Virus record (IMG/VR): IMGVR_UViG_3300030041_000009 | Location: 186,001 to 250,000 of that record | DNA length: 64,000 nucleotides | Direction: 5' to 3' (one strand) | In this document: positions 20,469 to 30,378 of the stretch, in pieces | How positions within the stretch are numbered: position 1 is the stretch's first letter | Layout: every line of letters starts with the position of its first letter | Position numbers and translations under genes: made by a program | Notes under the pieces: generated by a model | Database searches by the model: none | What the model saw: the letters and a program-made list of their open reading frames with translations, nothing else | What the model was told of the DNA's origin: nothing

Positions 20469-20861
20469 TTATAAATTAAATTTATTTGCTGATATTAATG
20501 TTTCTAAATCTGATTTATCATCTGATAAATATTTTATATCTTCTCTATTAAAAGTTATTGAATTTTCATATTTTTTATTTATATCAGCTTTATTATATTT
20601 GATTTGGAATCCAGGTCTTAATATTTCTGGAATATAATCAAATTGAACAACATAAATATCACTACGTCTTCTTATATCCAAAATATCTATTATTTGTCCG
20701 ATATTATTCAATGTAAATTCATTAAGTTCAGGAAGTTCAGGAAATGTAAATGATGTTTTACATTCACATATAACATAATCTCCTATTTTATAATCTCTTG
20801 CTAATGCTTTTTTAGTTGGAGATTTTTTTATTATTTCATATAGTTTAAAATTTGTTATCAT
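20469..20861 (-). CDS. KFNL tagged protein, IGDYV subfamily
   Basis: MITNFKLYE...IGDYVIC...ANKFNL. Confidence 0.8.
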   Translation of the reverse strand: MITNFKLYEIIKKSPTKKALARDYKIGDYVICECKTSFTFPELPELNEFTLNNIGQIIDILDIRRRSDIYVVQFDYIPEILRPGFQIKYNKADINKKYENSITFNREDIKYLSDDKSDLETLISANKFNL

Positions 20862-21157
20862 AAGTTAAATTTATTCGTTTGTTTCATTAATTCCAATTTA
20901 TCTTGTAGTACTTTTTTACTTCCTGAGAATTTATAAACATCTTTTTTGTCAATCCAAAACCCATCTTCATGATAATAATCTTTAAAATCAATTTTAAATT
21001 GTGTCTTACTTTTATTTATTATTTGAAAAATATTATTACTGATTTTATTTTTATATTGAATATCATAATTTATTCCTTTAAGAGCAGGAATAACATAATA
21101 TCCTATTGGTAAATCTACTTCTCTGCTAACGAATTCAAAAGTTTTTATATATTTCAT
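20858..21157 (-). CDS. MKYIK/KFNL tagged protein
   Basis: MKYIKTFE...TNKFNL. Confidence 0.85.
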   Translation of the reverse strand: MKYIKTFEFVSREVDLPIGYYVIPALKGINYDIQYKNKISNNIFQIINKSKTQFKIDFKDYYHEDGFWIDKKDVYKFSGSKKVLQDKLELMKQTNKFNL

Positions 21158-21215
21158 ATTTTATAAATTTTATTTTTGATACTTATATATATTAATATAT
21201 AAAATAAAAAATCTT

Positions 21216-21815
21216 ATGAAAAAATTATCAATATTATTAATTTTTATGTTTGCAACATTATTTTCTTTTTCTCAAAGAACTAATGTTATAGTCAAAAACG
21301 ACATTTATACTGTATCATACAATGAGGTATATAAGCAACCTAATTGGGTTATTTATTATATAACTAATGTGACAAAGAATGTTTCAAGAGCAGGAATGGA
21401 TTTTTATGAAGTTCCAGGTATAATTACTTCAACTAATGCGGATTATTTGAATAATGTATGGGATAAAGGACATTTAGCTCCAGCCGCAACTTTTTCTGAT
21501 ACTAAAAATCATTTATATGAAACATTTTCATATTTAAATTGCTCTTTGCAATATTATACATTAAATAGAGTAACATGGGAACATTTAGAAAACTATGAAA
21601 GAACTACTCTATTTACTAAATATAAAAAATTGACAGTTAAAGTTGTATTAGATTTTACTGGAAATTTATTAATTCTAAAATCTGGTGCTCATGTTCCTAA
21701 TGGATTTTACAAACAAATAATATCGCCTACTAATGATACATTAACTTATTATTTTCCAAATAAAAATTTACCAAATGATTTTCAATTTTACAAAATAAAA
21801 AATAGAAAACTATAA
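21216..21815 (+). CDS. secreted DNA/RNA non-specific endonuclease (NucA/EndA-like)
   Basis: Signal peptide; WDKGHLAPAA, TFSYLNCSLQ..LNR..W..LE, VPNGFYK. Confidence 0.88.
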   Translation: MKKLSILLIFMFATLFSFSQRTNVIVKNDIYTVSYNEVYKQPNWVIYYITNVTKNVSRAGMDFYEVPGIITSTNADYLNNVWDKGHLAPAATFSDTKNHLYETFSYLNCSLQYYTLNRVTWEHLENYERTTLFTKYKKLTVKVVLDFTGNLLILKSGAHVPNGFYKQIISPTNDTLTYYFPNKNLPNDFQFYKIKNRKL

Positions 21816-21817
21816 AA

Positions 21818-21852
21818 ACAAAAAAGTTCAAGTAATTTACTTGAACTTTTTT
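21818..21852. terminator. bidirectional intrinsic terminator
   Basis: AAAAAAGTTCAAGTA..TACTTGAACTTTTTT. Confidence 0.8.
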
Positions 21853-21868
21853 AATAAATATTATTTTA

Positions 21869-22315
21869 TTATTCATTAGAGCATTTACCAAATTTGAATG
21901 CTAATCTCATTGCTGTTAATATCATTTTTGATTTATCACCAAATTCATTTTCAAGAATATTTTTAATATTTTCATCAGTCAACCCTGAAATATCATATCC
22001 TAATCCAACGCATAATATAGCTTTAAAATTTGGAGTATTTTTTTCTATATTATCCATTTCTTTTTTATTTTCATCATACATGGTTTCAAGAATATTCATA
22101 ATTCTTTTATCATCAAATAGTATTTTTAAATTTGGATCACTATCCATATTTATGTTTATTGATAATTTATCGTCCATTATATATAATAATAATTCTTTTA
22201 ATTCATCATCATTATATTTCAATAACTCTATTTTTAAATTATTTGAATCAGTGTCATTCAAATTACTAAAGTCTATACTATTAATTTCAAATTTAGTTTT
22301 TTCAATATTTTTCAT
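21869..22315 (-). CDS. hypothetical protein
   Basis: 148-aa ORF behind promoter box at 22399-22406. Confidence 0.65.
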   Translation of the reverse strand: MKNIEKTKFEINSIDFSNLNDTDSNNLKIELLKYNDDELKELLLYIMDDKLSININMDSDPNLKILFDDKRIMNILETMYDENKKEMDNIEKNTPNFKAILCVGLGYDISGLTDENIKNILENEFGDKSKMILTAMRLAFKFGKCSNE

Positions 22316-22495
22316 ATTTTTATTTTTTAATTAATATAAAGTTTAATATAATATTTATGATATTTTTTTATCATAAGCATTAAAAATATTTAAGATTACA
22401 AAGATATAAATAATTATTCATAAATAAAAATAGTTTAATATAAAATAACGATCTTATTTTTTTATATATAATACAAATAAAAATATTAGTGCCTA

Positions 22496-24145
22496 ATGTT
22501 AAACTATAATGATTATAATAAACTAAATGAAGCTTTTTTTCATCGTAGTAAAGATGAATTGGAAAACCTTATTCATTCTTTTAAAAGCTTAATTATAAAT
22601 TTGAAGCAATCTATTGATAAAAAATACACATTAGATTTCTATAAAACTCAAATTAAAGAAGATTTAGAATCATATAAAACATATTTATTAAATAATTATA
22701 ATAAAAATACTATGGGTAAATTTAAAGATTTATTTAAAGATTTTTTAAATAATGTAGATGATGATATAATTAAACAGATGAGATTAGGTAAATTTGCTAA
22801 TGATATTCTAAAAATATATTCTATAACAAATTCATTTGATATTAATATAAAGAATGCAGATAGTGTTTTCAAAGCATATCTTGATAATGTTGATAGATAT
22901 ATAGATAACACTTATGAATTTTTCTACAATAAAATTGAAACTGATAAGTCATATGAACCATATAATAAAATAGATATTAAAATAAATAAAGTACCTTTTG
23001 ATGATTATCAAAAAACAAAATATAAATATCAAATAGAATTATTGAAATTACAAGAGTGGATTGTATATAATAATAAAAAAGTGTTAATTATATTTGAAGG
23101 TAGAGATGCAGCAGGAAAAGGATCTGCAATTAGAAATATAACAAGATTTCTTGATCCTAAGCATTTTAAAGTTCAAACTTTTGGTATTCCTTCAGAAGAA
23201 GAAAGTGATAATTGGTTTGAAAGATATGAAAAAGTGTTACCTAAAAACGGTGAAATTGTGTTCTTTGATAGATCTTGGTATACAAGAGGTTATGTAGAAC
23301 CTGTAATGGGATATTCAAATGAAGATAAATATAATAAATTCATGAAAGAAGTCAATAATTTTGAAGATAAATTAATTGATGATGATATAATACTTATAAA
23401 AATATGGTTTTCTATATCTCAGGATGTACAAAAAATGAGGTTTGAATTAAGAAAATCTAACCCATTAAAATATTGGAAATTTAGTAAGAATGATGAACAA
23501 ACTTTAGATAAATGGGACGAATTTACTAAATATATAAATGAAATTTTCAAAAAAACAAATACTAAAAATGCTCCTTGGATAATAATAGATGCAGATGATG
23601 AAAATTATTCCAGATTAGAATCATTTAATGGTATAATAAAAACTATTGAAAAAGATAAAGAAAAAGAAAAAGATGGAGGAATAAAAGTAATATTTGAAGA
23701 TATTGATGGACCACTTATTCCTTATAATAAAAATTCTGATGTAAATTATCATAAATTTTTTAATGAGCCTGATAAATGGAGTAAAACTGCCATGAGTAAT
23801 TTAAACACAATAATTGAAAAAACAGATGCTAAAGTTGTTTTATCTTCATCATATAGAGATGATAAACCTAAAAGTAAAATAGAAGATATGATGAAAAAAG
23901 CAGGTTTTAAATATAAAATATATGACTGTGTTCCAAATGACAAATCTAAAAAAAGAGGTGCCGATATAAAAGATTGGTTGAAAAATAATAAAATAGTTAG
24001 TAATTTTATAATTATAGATGATAATAAGCATGATTTATATGATGTATTTAATAAAAAACATATTGTTAAAACCACTCATGAATTAGGTATAACAGATGAT
24101 ATTATGAATGAAGCAATTGAAAAGTTAAATAATAATAATAAATAA
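22496..24145 (+). CDS. ppk2: polyphosphate kinase 2 fused to a C-terminal HAD-like domain
   Basis: FEGRDAAGKG Walker A, FFDRSWY, PLKYWKFS, APWIII; C-terminal IFEDIDGPL, VLSSS, RGADI..WL, FIIIDD. Confidence 0.88.
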   Translation: MLNYNDYNKLNEAFFHRSKDELENLIHSFKSLIINLKQSIDKKYTLDFYKTQIKEDLESYKTYLLNNYNKNTMGKFKDLFKDFLNNVDDDIIKQMRLGKFANDILKIYSITNSFDINIKNADSVFKAYLDNVDRYIDNTYEFFYNKIETDKSYEPYNKIDIKINKVPFDDYQKTKYKYQIELLKLQEWIVYNNKKVLIIFEGRDAAGKGSAIRNITRFLDPKHFKVQTFGIPSEEESDNWFERYEKVLPKNGEIVFFDRSWYTRGYVEPVMGYSNEDKYNKFMKEVNNFEDKLIDDDIILIKIWFSISQDVQKMRFELRKSNPLKYWKFSKNDEQTLDKWDEFTKYINEIFKKTNTKNAPWIIIDADDENYSRLESFNGIIKTIEKDKEKEKDGGIKVIFEDIDGPLIPYNKNSDVNYHKFFNEPDKWSKTAMSNLNTIIEKTDAKVVLSSSYRDDKPKSKIEDMMKKAGFKYKIYDCVPNDKSKKRGADIKDWLKNNKIVSNFIIIDDNKHDLYDVFNKKHIVKTTHELGITDDIMNEAIEKLNNNNK

Positions 24146-24163
24146 TAAATAATAAATAATAAT

Positions 24164-24574
24164 ATGAAATATATAAAAACATTTGAGAAATATGATTTAA
24201 CTGATAATAGTGCTTATTTTATGAATTTTTTAGTAAATTTTATATTATCATTAGATTTTAATCTAACTTCAAATTATAATAAAATATATAAATATCATAA
24301 TGAAATATCTTTTTATTCAAAGACACCTTCTTCAACAACATTTGAATTTGCTATAATATTAGGAGAAACTTATTTGAAATTATCAAATATTCATGATGAA
24401 TTTAATATTATTGAAGAATATTTTGAAACTATAGATGGATTAGATTTAGTTAAAAATGAATATAATTGTATATATACATTTAGCATAACAGCTAAACATG
24501 TTGATTATATAATAAATCAAATAAATAAAGATGATTTTGATTTGATAATAAGTTCAAATAAATTTAACATATGA
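24164..24574 (+). CDS. MKYIK/KFNI tagged protein
   Basis: Terminal motifs. Confidence 0.85.
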   Translation: MKYIKTFEKYDLTDNSAYFMNFLVNFILSLDFNLTSNYNKIYKYHNEISFYSKTPSSTTFEFAIILGETYLKLSNIHDEFNIIEEYFETIDGLDLVKNEYNCIYTFSITAKHVDYIINQINKDDFDLIISSNKFNI

Positions 24575-24882
24575 AATATATAAAAACATTTGAAAAAATA
24601 GAATTAAATCTTAATATTGGATCATATTATAGTTTTAATAGTAATTATAATAAAAATAAAAAATATTTAGTTAAATTAATTGATTATAATGGAATCACAT
24701 ATACATTTGCAAAAATAGAAGATTTAGAATATCCACCATTTAGATATTATAATGGATCTAGTGATATTAATAAATTTACTGTTGAAAATTGGATAACTCA
24801 TAATAATTTTAAAGAAGAACCATTTTTTAGAATGTCAACTGATCCAGAACTTTGGAAGAATATAAATAAATTTAACATATGA
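24571..24882 (+). CDS. MKYIK/KFNI tagged protein
   Basis: Terminal motifs. Confidence 0.85.
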   Translation: MKYIKTFEKIELNLNIGSYYSFNSNYNKNKKYLVKLIDYNGITYTFAKIEDLEYPPFRYYNGSSDINKFTVENWITHNNFKEEPFFRMSTDPELWKNINKFNI

Positions 24883-25223
24883 AATATATAAAATTATTTG
24901 AAGATAAAGGCATTGATTTATTTAATGCAATTTTAAAAGGTGATATTAATAGAATTAAACATTTAATTCGTACTGGCACTGATATAAATATTAAAGCTAT
25001 TGATGGTCGTACTCCATTATTTTATGCAGCACAGCATGATTATATGCAGATAGTTAACATTTTAATTGAAGCAGGAGCAGATTGGAATGTTAAAAATAAT
25101 AAAGGTTACTATTTTACATATTTATTGACTGATAAGCAATATGAAAATATTATAAAAAATTATCCAAATGAATATAATAACTATTTAATTAAAAAAGAAG
25201 CAGAAGAAAAATTTAACTTATGA
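24879..25223 (+). CDS. MKYIK/KFNL tagged ankyrin-repeat protein
   Basis: GRTPLFYAA, GADWN. Confidence 0.9.
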   Translation: MKYIKLFEDKGIDLFNAILKGDINRIKHLIRTGTDINIKAIDGRTPLFYAAQHDYMQIVNILIEAGADWNVKNNKGYYFTYLLTDKQYENIIKNYPNEYNNYLIKKEAEEKFNL

Positions 25224-25648
25224 AATATATTAAAATATATGAGAATTATAAAGATAAAATAAAATCAAAAATTCAATTTAATGATTTTATAACTGAATAT
25301 CCTTCAGGATTTTATATGATATATAAATCCGGTAGTTATAATTGGAAATTTAACAAGCAAAATAATTATTTAGCACTATGCAGAATTTTATCTCCAAAAA
25401 TTTTTGATGAATGTATTCAACTGAATGTAGATATTATTTCTTATATATGTGAACTAGATCAACATGAATTAAAAGAAAATGAAAAAATTCATATTGGAAG
25501 GGAAATAATAAACACATATCCTTCTTCATTTGAAAAAATATTTATATCATCATCGTTAAAAGTTTCTCAAGATAAATTTGAAGAATTAAAAGAAACTACA
25601 TATTATCAATGGGAATTAAATAACGCTACAAATAAATTTAACTTATGA
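25220..25648 (+). CDS. MKYIK/KFNL tagged protein
   Basis: Terminal motifs. Confidence 0.85.
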   Translation: MKYIKIYENYKDKIKSKIQFNDFITEYPSGFYMIYKSGSYNWKFNKQNNYLALCRILSPKIFDECIQLNVDIISYICELDQHELKENEKIHIGREIINTYPSSFEKIFISSSLKVSQDKFEELKETTYYQWELNNATNKFNL

Positions 25649-26022
25649 AATATATAAAAGAATATGAAGATAAGAAAATAGATAGAAATGGATATAATAT
25701 AATGTTTAAAACATATTTTGAATATGAAAATGTATATGAAGATCTATATGAGCACATTGATATTTTAGATGAAAATAATATAGATTATGATATATTTTAT
25801 CATAAAAGTTTTATTAAAATTATAGCTTATGCAGCTAATGTACAGGAATATAATATTCTTATGAAAATTGATTTTAAGATAGATAGATATATACAACCTA
25901 ATATTTTATCAAGTATGACACTTGATAAAATTAGAAATATTACAACATTAAATTCAAAATGGAAGTTAACAAGTAAAGAAGCATTACCATATCTTAAAGA
26001 TACAAATAAATTTAACATATGA
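25645..26022 (+). CDS. MKYIK/KFNI tagged protein
   Basis: Terminal motifs. Confidence 0.85.
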   Translation: MKYIKEYEDKKIDRNGYNIMFKTYFEYENVYEDLYEHIDILDENNIDYDIFYHKSFIKIIAYAANVQEYNILMKIDFKIDRYIQPNILSSMTLDKIRNITTLNSKWKLTSKEALPYLKDTNKFNI

Positions 26023-26525
26023 AATATATAAAAAGATTTGAAAATATAATAACAAAACTCAATCTTGCTAATAAAGGTTTAACGTCTTTACCTGAATTAT
26101 CAGATACATTAACATATTTAGATTGTCATCACAATAAATTAAAATCATTACCAGAATTACCAAGTAATTTAGAAGAATTATTTTGTGGTAATAATGAATT
26201 AAAAACGTTGCCAGAATTACCAGATACATTAACAGGATTATATATTCATGAGAATAAATTAAAAACATTGCCTAAATTACCAAAATCATTAATAAATTTA
26301 TCTTGTGGTGGTAATAATTTAGAAGAATTGCCAGAATTACCAAGTAATTTAGAATATTTTTTATGCGAGAATAATAATTTATCTGAATTGCCAGAATTAC
26401 CAGAATCTGTAACACAATTTCAATGTTATAATAATAATTTACCATATAATGATTTGGAAGGTTATTGGAATTGGTTTTATAATAAATATCCAGATAGAAA
26501 ATTAGCAAAACAATTTAACTTATGA
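26019..26525 (+). CDS. MKYIK/QFNL tagged leucine-rich repeat protein
   Basis: Six 20-aa LPELP-type LRRs. Confidence 0.9.
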   Translation: MKYIKRFENIITKLNLANKGLTSLPELSDTLTYLDCHHNKLKSLPELPSNLEELFCGNNELKTLPELPDTLTGLYIHENKLKTLPKLPKSLINLSCGGNNLEELPELPSNLEYFLCENNNLSELPELPESVTQFQCYNNNLPYNDLEGYWNWFYNKYPDRKLAKQFNL

Positions 26526-27040
26526 AATATTTAAAAAAATTTGAGATTTCTATAATGAATTCTGATTTGAATTATATTTTAGAAGATGAAATATATTATG
26601 AATCAGATGCTATAAAATTATTAAAAAAAATAAGAAATGCTATTGATAATGGATGTATTATTGATAATATTGATGTAAATTGGATGAATAGAACTCCGTT
26701 AATTAAATGTTCAATTTTAAGTTGTTATATAAAAAATAATATATCTAAATATTATAATTTATATGCACAAATATCAACAGAACTATTGAATGCTGGCGCC
26801 AATATTGATTATGTTGATTGTGATAATAAAAGTGCATTAATATGGGCTGCAGATAGACATCATTATGATGTTATGGAATTATTAATAGAAGAAGGAGCTG
26901 ATTGGAATATTATTAATAAATATGAATTGGAATTTCTTGATTATTTAACTATAAAACATTCAAAAGAAATTATGAATAAATATCCTACGCAATATGAAAA
27001 ATACAAACTTAAAAAAGAAGCAAATAAATTTAACATATGA
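26522..27040 (+). CDS. MKYLK/KFNI tagged ankyrin-repeat protein
   Basis: RTPLI, GANID, SALIWAA, GADWN. Confidence 0.88.
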   Translation: MKYLKKFEISIMNSDLNYILEDEIYYESDAIKLLKKIRNAIDNGCIIDNIDVNWMNRTPLIKCSILSCYIKNNISKYYNLYAQISTELLNAGANIDYVDCDNKSALIWAADRHHYDVMELLIEEGADWNIINKYELEFLDYLTIKHSKEIMNKYPTQYEKYKLKKEANKFNI

Positions 27041-27528
27041 AACATTTAATAACATATACTCAGAAAGAATTAGATGATGAATTATTAAAATATTCTGAAT
27101 CTAAATCATCTTTACAAAAAGTAAGAGAATTAATAACAGATGGAGCTAATGTTAATTGCTTTGATTCTAGTAAAAGTAGAACTCCATTAATTAAGGCTGT
27201 AATTAAATTAAATTATAGTATCATTAAATTGTTAATTGAGAGTGGAGCAGATGTAAATTTAACAAATAGAGTTAATGAAAATTGCTTATTTCATATTGTA
27301 GATAATAATCAATGGAATTATACCACATATAAATTTAAAATTGATAATATTATTGATTTAATAATGAAATCTGGAATTGATCTTAATACTAAAAATATAA
27401 AAGGATTAGATATTTTTAGTAGAATTAATAGTTCAAATCCAATAATATTACAATATATAATTGATAATTATCCTAAAAAATATGAAGAATATAAACTTAA
27501 AAAAGAAGCAGGTAAATTTAACATATGA
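27037..27528 (+). CDS. KFNI tagged ankyrin-repeat protein
   Basis: GANVN, RTPLIKAV, GADVN. Confidence 0.88.
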   Translation: MKHLITYTQKELDDELLKYSESKSSLQKVRELITDGANVNCFDSSKSRTPLIKAVIKLNYSIIKLLIESGADVNLTNRVNENCLFHIVDNNQWNYTTYKFKIDNIIDLIMKSGIDLNTKNIKGLDIFSRINSSNPIILQYIIDNYPKKYEEYKLKKEAGKFNI

Positions 27529-27977
27529 AATACTTAAAAAAATTTGAAAATAATTATAATAATGATAATCTATATTTTTATATTAGAACTAAAAATATTG
27601 AAGAAATTAAGGAATTGATTGAAAAAACTGATGTTGATATAAACTCCAAAACAATGGAAGGTAATACTCCATTAATAACATCAGTTAATAAAGATTTTTT
27701 AGAAGGAGTTAAAGAATTAATAAAAGCAGGAGCTATTTTAGATTTGACTAATAATTTAAATAGAACAGCTTTATGGTATACTTCATATTATAGTAATATT
27801 CAAATTATGAATGAATTAATAAAAGCAGGTGCAAATTGGAACATAAAAGATAATGTAAATGATGAAGATTTTTTTGATGTTTTAAATTATAAATATAGAA
27901 AAGAAATTATTGACAAATATCCAGAACAATATAAACAATATAAACTAAAAAAAGAAGCAAGTAAATTTAATTTATAA
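27525..27977 (+). CDS. MKYLK/KFNL tagged ankyrin-repeat protein
   Basis: GNTPLI, RTALWY, GANWN. Confidence 0.88.
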   Translation: MKYLKKFENNYNNDNLYFYIRTKNIEEIKELIEKTDVDINSKTMEGNTPLITSVNKDFLEGVKELIKAGAILDLTNNLNRTALWYTSYYSNIQIMNELIKAGANWNIKDNVNDEDFFDVLNYKYRKEIIDKYPEQYKQYKLKKEASKFNL

Positions 27978-27994
27978 ATTTAATATATACAAAT

Positions 27995-28213
27995 ATGAAA
28001 GTTAAAAAATTTAAAGAATTAAACGAAGCTGATACAAATCAGATGCCTGGTACATCATTAGATAAATATTATACTTATTATAAAAGATGGTGTGATGAAA
28101 ACGGAATTGAATATAATTTTGATTCCACATCAGAAGAAGATATAATAAATAAAGGTAAAAAATATGCACATGATAATAATTTACCGAATATGAATTATTA
28201 TCAAGATTATTAA
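27995..28213 (+). CDS. small protein with MKVKKFKELNE N-terminal motif
   Basis: TAATATATA at 27981. Confidence 0.7.
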   Translation: MKVKKFKELNEADTNQMPGTSLDKYYTYYKRWCDENGIEYNFDSTSEEDIINKGKKYAHDNNLPNMNYYQDY

Positions 28214-28447
28214 AATATTTAACAAAAATTAATGAATTATTCAACAATAATTCATTTTTTTATTATATATTTGTAATAAAAAATAAATGAATAAAATGTC
28301 CAAATCATCAGATCGTTTAACTAAAATATTTTTTGTTTTTATGTTGATTTATTTAGGATTGTCTTTATGTGGTTCTATTATTTTATCAATTATAAAAACT
28401 TTTTTTAGAAAAAGATATAAATCAATTAAAAATAAATTTACAAAAAA

Positions 28448-28786
28448 ATGATGAAAACATTACTTTGGCTAGATGACTCTCGTGATCCAATGAAAAATGA
28501 TTGGTTAGTTTTTAGTCCAATAGGAAAAGACGTAAATGTATCCTGGGTAACATCACAACTTGAATTTCAAGATTGGATTATGATCAATGGATTACCTGAT
28601 GCGATATGCTTTGATCATGACTTAGGTACAGGTAATGGGGATGGCTATGAGTGTGCGAAATGGTTATGTAGATACTGTGACATGAAAAAAATAAAACTAC
28701 CTGCATATGCAATGCAATCAGCTAATACAGTGGGTAGAGAAAATATTGATTGTTATTTAAAGAATTACATGAAACATTGTTATTAA
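28448..28786 (+). CDS. cyclic-phosphate-processing receiver-domain protein
   Basis: LWLDD.RDP, FDHDLG, GYECAKWL, QSAN.VG. Confidence 0.75.
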   Translation: MMKTLLWLDDSRDPMKNDWLVFSPIGKDVNVSWVTSQLEFQDWIMINGLPDAICFDHDLGTGNGDGYECAKWLCRYCDMKKIKLPAYAMQSANTVGRENIDCYLKNYMKHCY

Positions 28787-28793
28787 TAATATT

Positions 28794-28994
28794 ATGAAAA
28801 CAGATAAAGAAAAAGAAATAAAGGAATTTGAAAATTGGAGAATAAGAGAAGAATTAAAACTTCAATTTTTAGTTGCAATAAATAGTGCAGTTAAAAATTT
28901 TAAATCCACTACAATTGAAGGTTATAAACCAACAAATAATGATATTAATTATGTTATAAGTGAAATTTTAAATAAACGTTTAAAGAAAAAATAA
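28794..28994 (+). CDS. hypothetical protein
   Basis: 66-aa ORF before terminator. Confidence 0.6.
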   Translation: MKTDKEKEIKEFENWRIREELKLQFLVAINSAVKNFKSTTIEGYKPTNNDINYVISEILNKRLKKK

Positions 28995-29029
28995 AAAAAG
29001 AGTTGTGATTTAAATCACAACTCTTTTTT
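28995..29029. terminator. bidirectional intrinsic terminator
   Basis: AAAAAAGAGTTGTGATT..AATCACAACTCTTTTTT. Confidence 0.8.
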
Positions 29030-29751
29030 TATTTTTGAAATGATGGTTTCAACCACATCTTAGTATGATTAAATACATAATCTCTCAATTCAGGAAATTC
29101 ATTCAACATCAAAATTGTTTTTAATGTATCAAATTTAAAACACTTGGTAAGTTCATCTTGAATTCTTTCATTTGAAACTACTTGCATTTTTGATTCATAA
29201 TCATAATTTTTAATAGCAACTTCAATATCATCAGTCATTCTGAAACCTTTTGTAATACAAAAACGCTCACAACGTAAAATCCGTAATGGATCCTCATCAA
29301 ATGTAAGTTGGCAAGGTCTTGGCGTTCTAAGAATACCCATTTTAAGATCTTTTACTCCATCAAATAAATCAATCAAATTTTCATCTTCATCAAGTGCCAT
29401 AGCATTCAATGTGAAATCACGTCTGATTAAATCATCTTCAAGTGTACCAAGTTCTAAAATTGGACGTCTTGTTCCTTCGTAATAACCAATTTCCTTTCTA
29501 GCCATTACAAAATCTGCAGTTAACCCTTCATGCTTATGTCCTTTTGGAAACTTTGCTTTGATTGTGAAACATCTTGGAGTTGAATTATATACGGTGTAGC
29601 CATTTTTACGTAACCACAAGTCCATTGACATGAATCCAGATTCAACTGATTGATTCTTGTCATCCAATACAAAAGTAAAGTCTATATCTTTACAATCAAC
29701 TCCTAAGATACGGTCACGTACACATCCGCCCACTTCATAAATTTTTGGCAT
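29029..29751 (-). CDS. cca: tRNA nucleotidyltransferase (CCA-adding/poly(A) polymerase class II), catalytic half without HD domain
   Basis: VGGCVRD, KDIDF, DLIRRDFTLNAMA, EDPLRILR, SNERI. Confidence 0.88.
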   Translation of the reverse strand: MPKIYEVGGCVRDRILGVDCKDIDFTFVLDDKNQSVESGFMSMDLWLRKNGYTVYNSTPRCFTIKAKFPKGHKHEGLTADFVMARKEIGYYEGTRRPILELGTLEDDLIRRDFTLNAMALDEDENLIDLFDGVKDLKMGILRTPRPCQLTFDEDPLRILRCERFCITKGFRMTDDIEVAIKNYDYESKMQVVSNERIQDELTKCFKFDTLKTILMLNEFPELRDYVFNHTKMWLKPSFQK

Positions 29752-30021
29752 AATTTTATATTTTATTTTTTTTAGTTTTTAATGTAATATATGAAATAAC
29801 TAATATAGTAATAAATATAATAAAAATTATCAATGAAACTAATCCTAAAACAATATAATTCTAAATACATTTATTTAATGAATAATAATGAATATTATAT
29901 AAATTATATGTAATTTTTATTGCACCAATTGTAAGTGAAAACATATATCCATATACAATCAATAAAATGAAATTATAAAAAATTTTAAAAATTTTAAAAA
30001 GTTTATCTTTCATAATACCAA

Positions 30022-30288
30022 TTATTTGAATACATAACCTTCTGGAAACTTTTTTCTACATTCTGGACCTACACCCATAATCCATGTGTCAGAATAAACT
30101 TCTTTATCATCAGATTTATACATACATCCACCATATATAGAATTGATGAAATATTCTGGATTTTTTAATTCTTTTCCACAGCATGGACAATGTTCTAAAT
30201 TCATATGTTCTGCTCTATCCCTATTTGAATAGAATAAATCAATATTATCAATTGTAGGAATATCAATTATATCTTTCGGCTCTTTCAT
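30022..30288 (-). CDS. small Zn-binding protein
   Basis: CPCCGK...GPEC; promoter box at 30313-30320. Confidence 0.7.
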   Translation of the reverse strand: MKEPKDIIDIPTIDNIDLFYSNRDRAEHMNLEHCPCCGKELKNPEYFINSIYGGCMYKSDDKEVYSDTWIMGVGPECRKKFPEGYVFK

Positions 30289-30378
30289 AAGTAGTTTGTT
30301 TTAATTACAATACAAAAGTATAAAAAAAACCTTGAATATAAAATATTCAAGGTTTAATTTAATGTTTTTTAATATTAA

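Noticed and set aside
24128-24163. AATAAT/AAAT microsatellite after ppk2
   Set aside because: Low-complexity A/T run expected at this base composition
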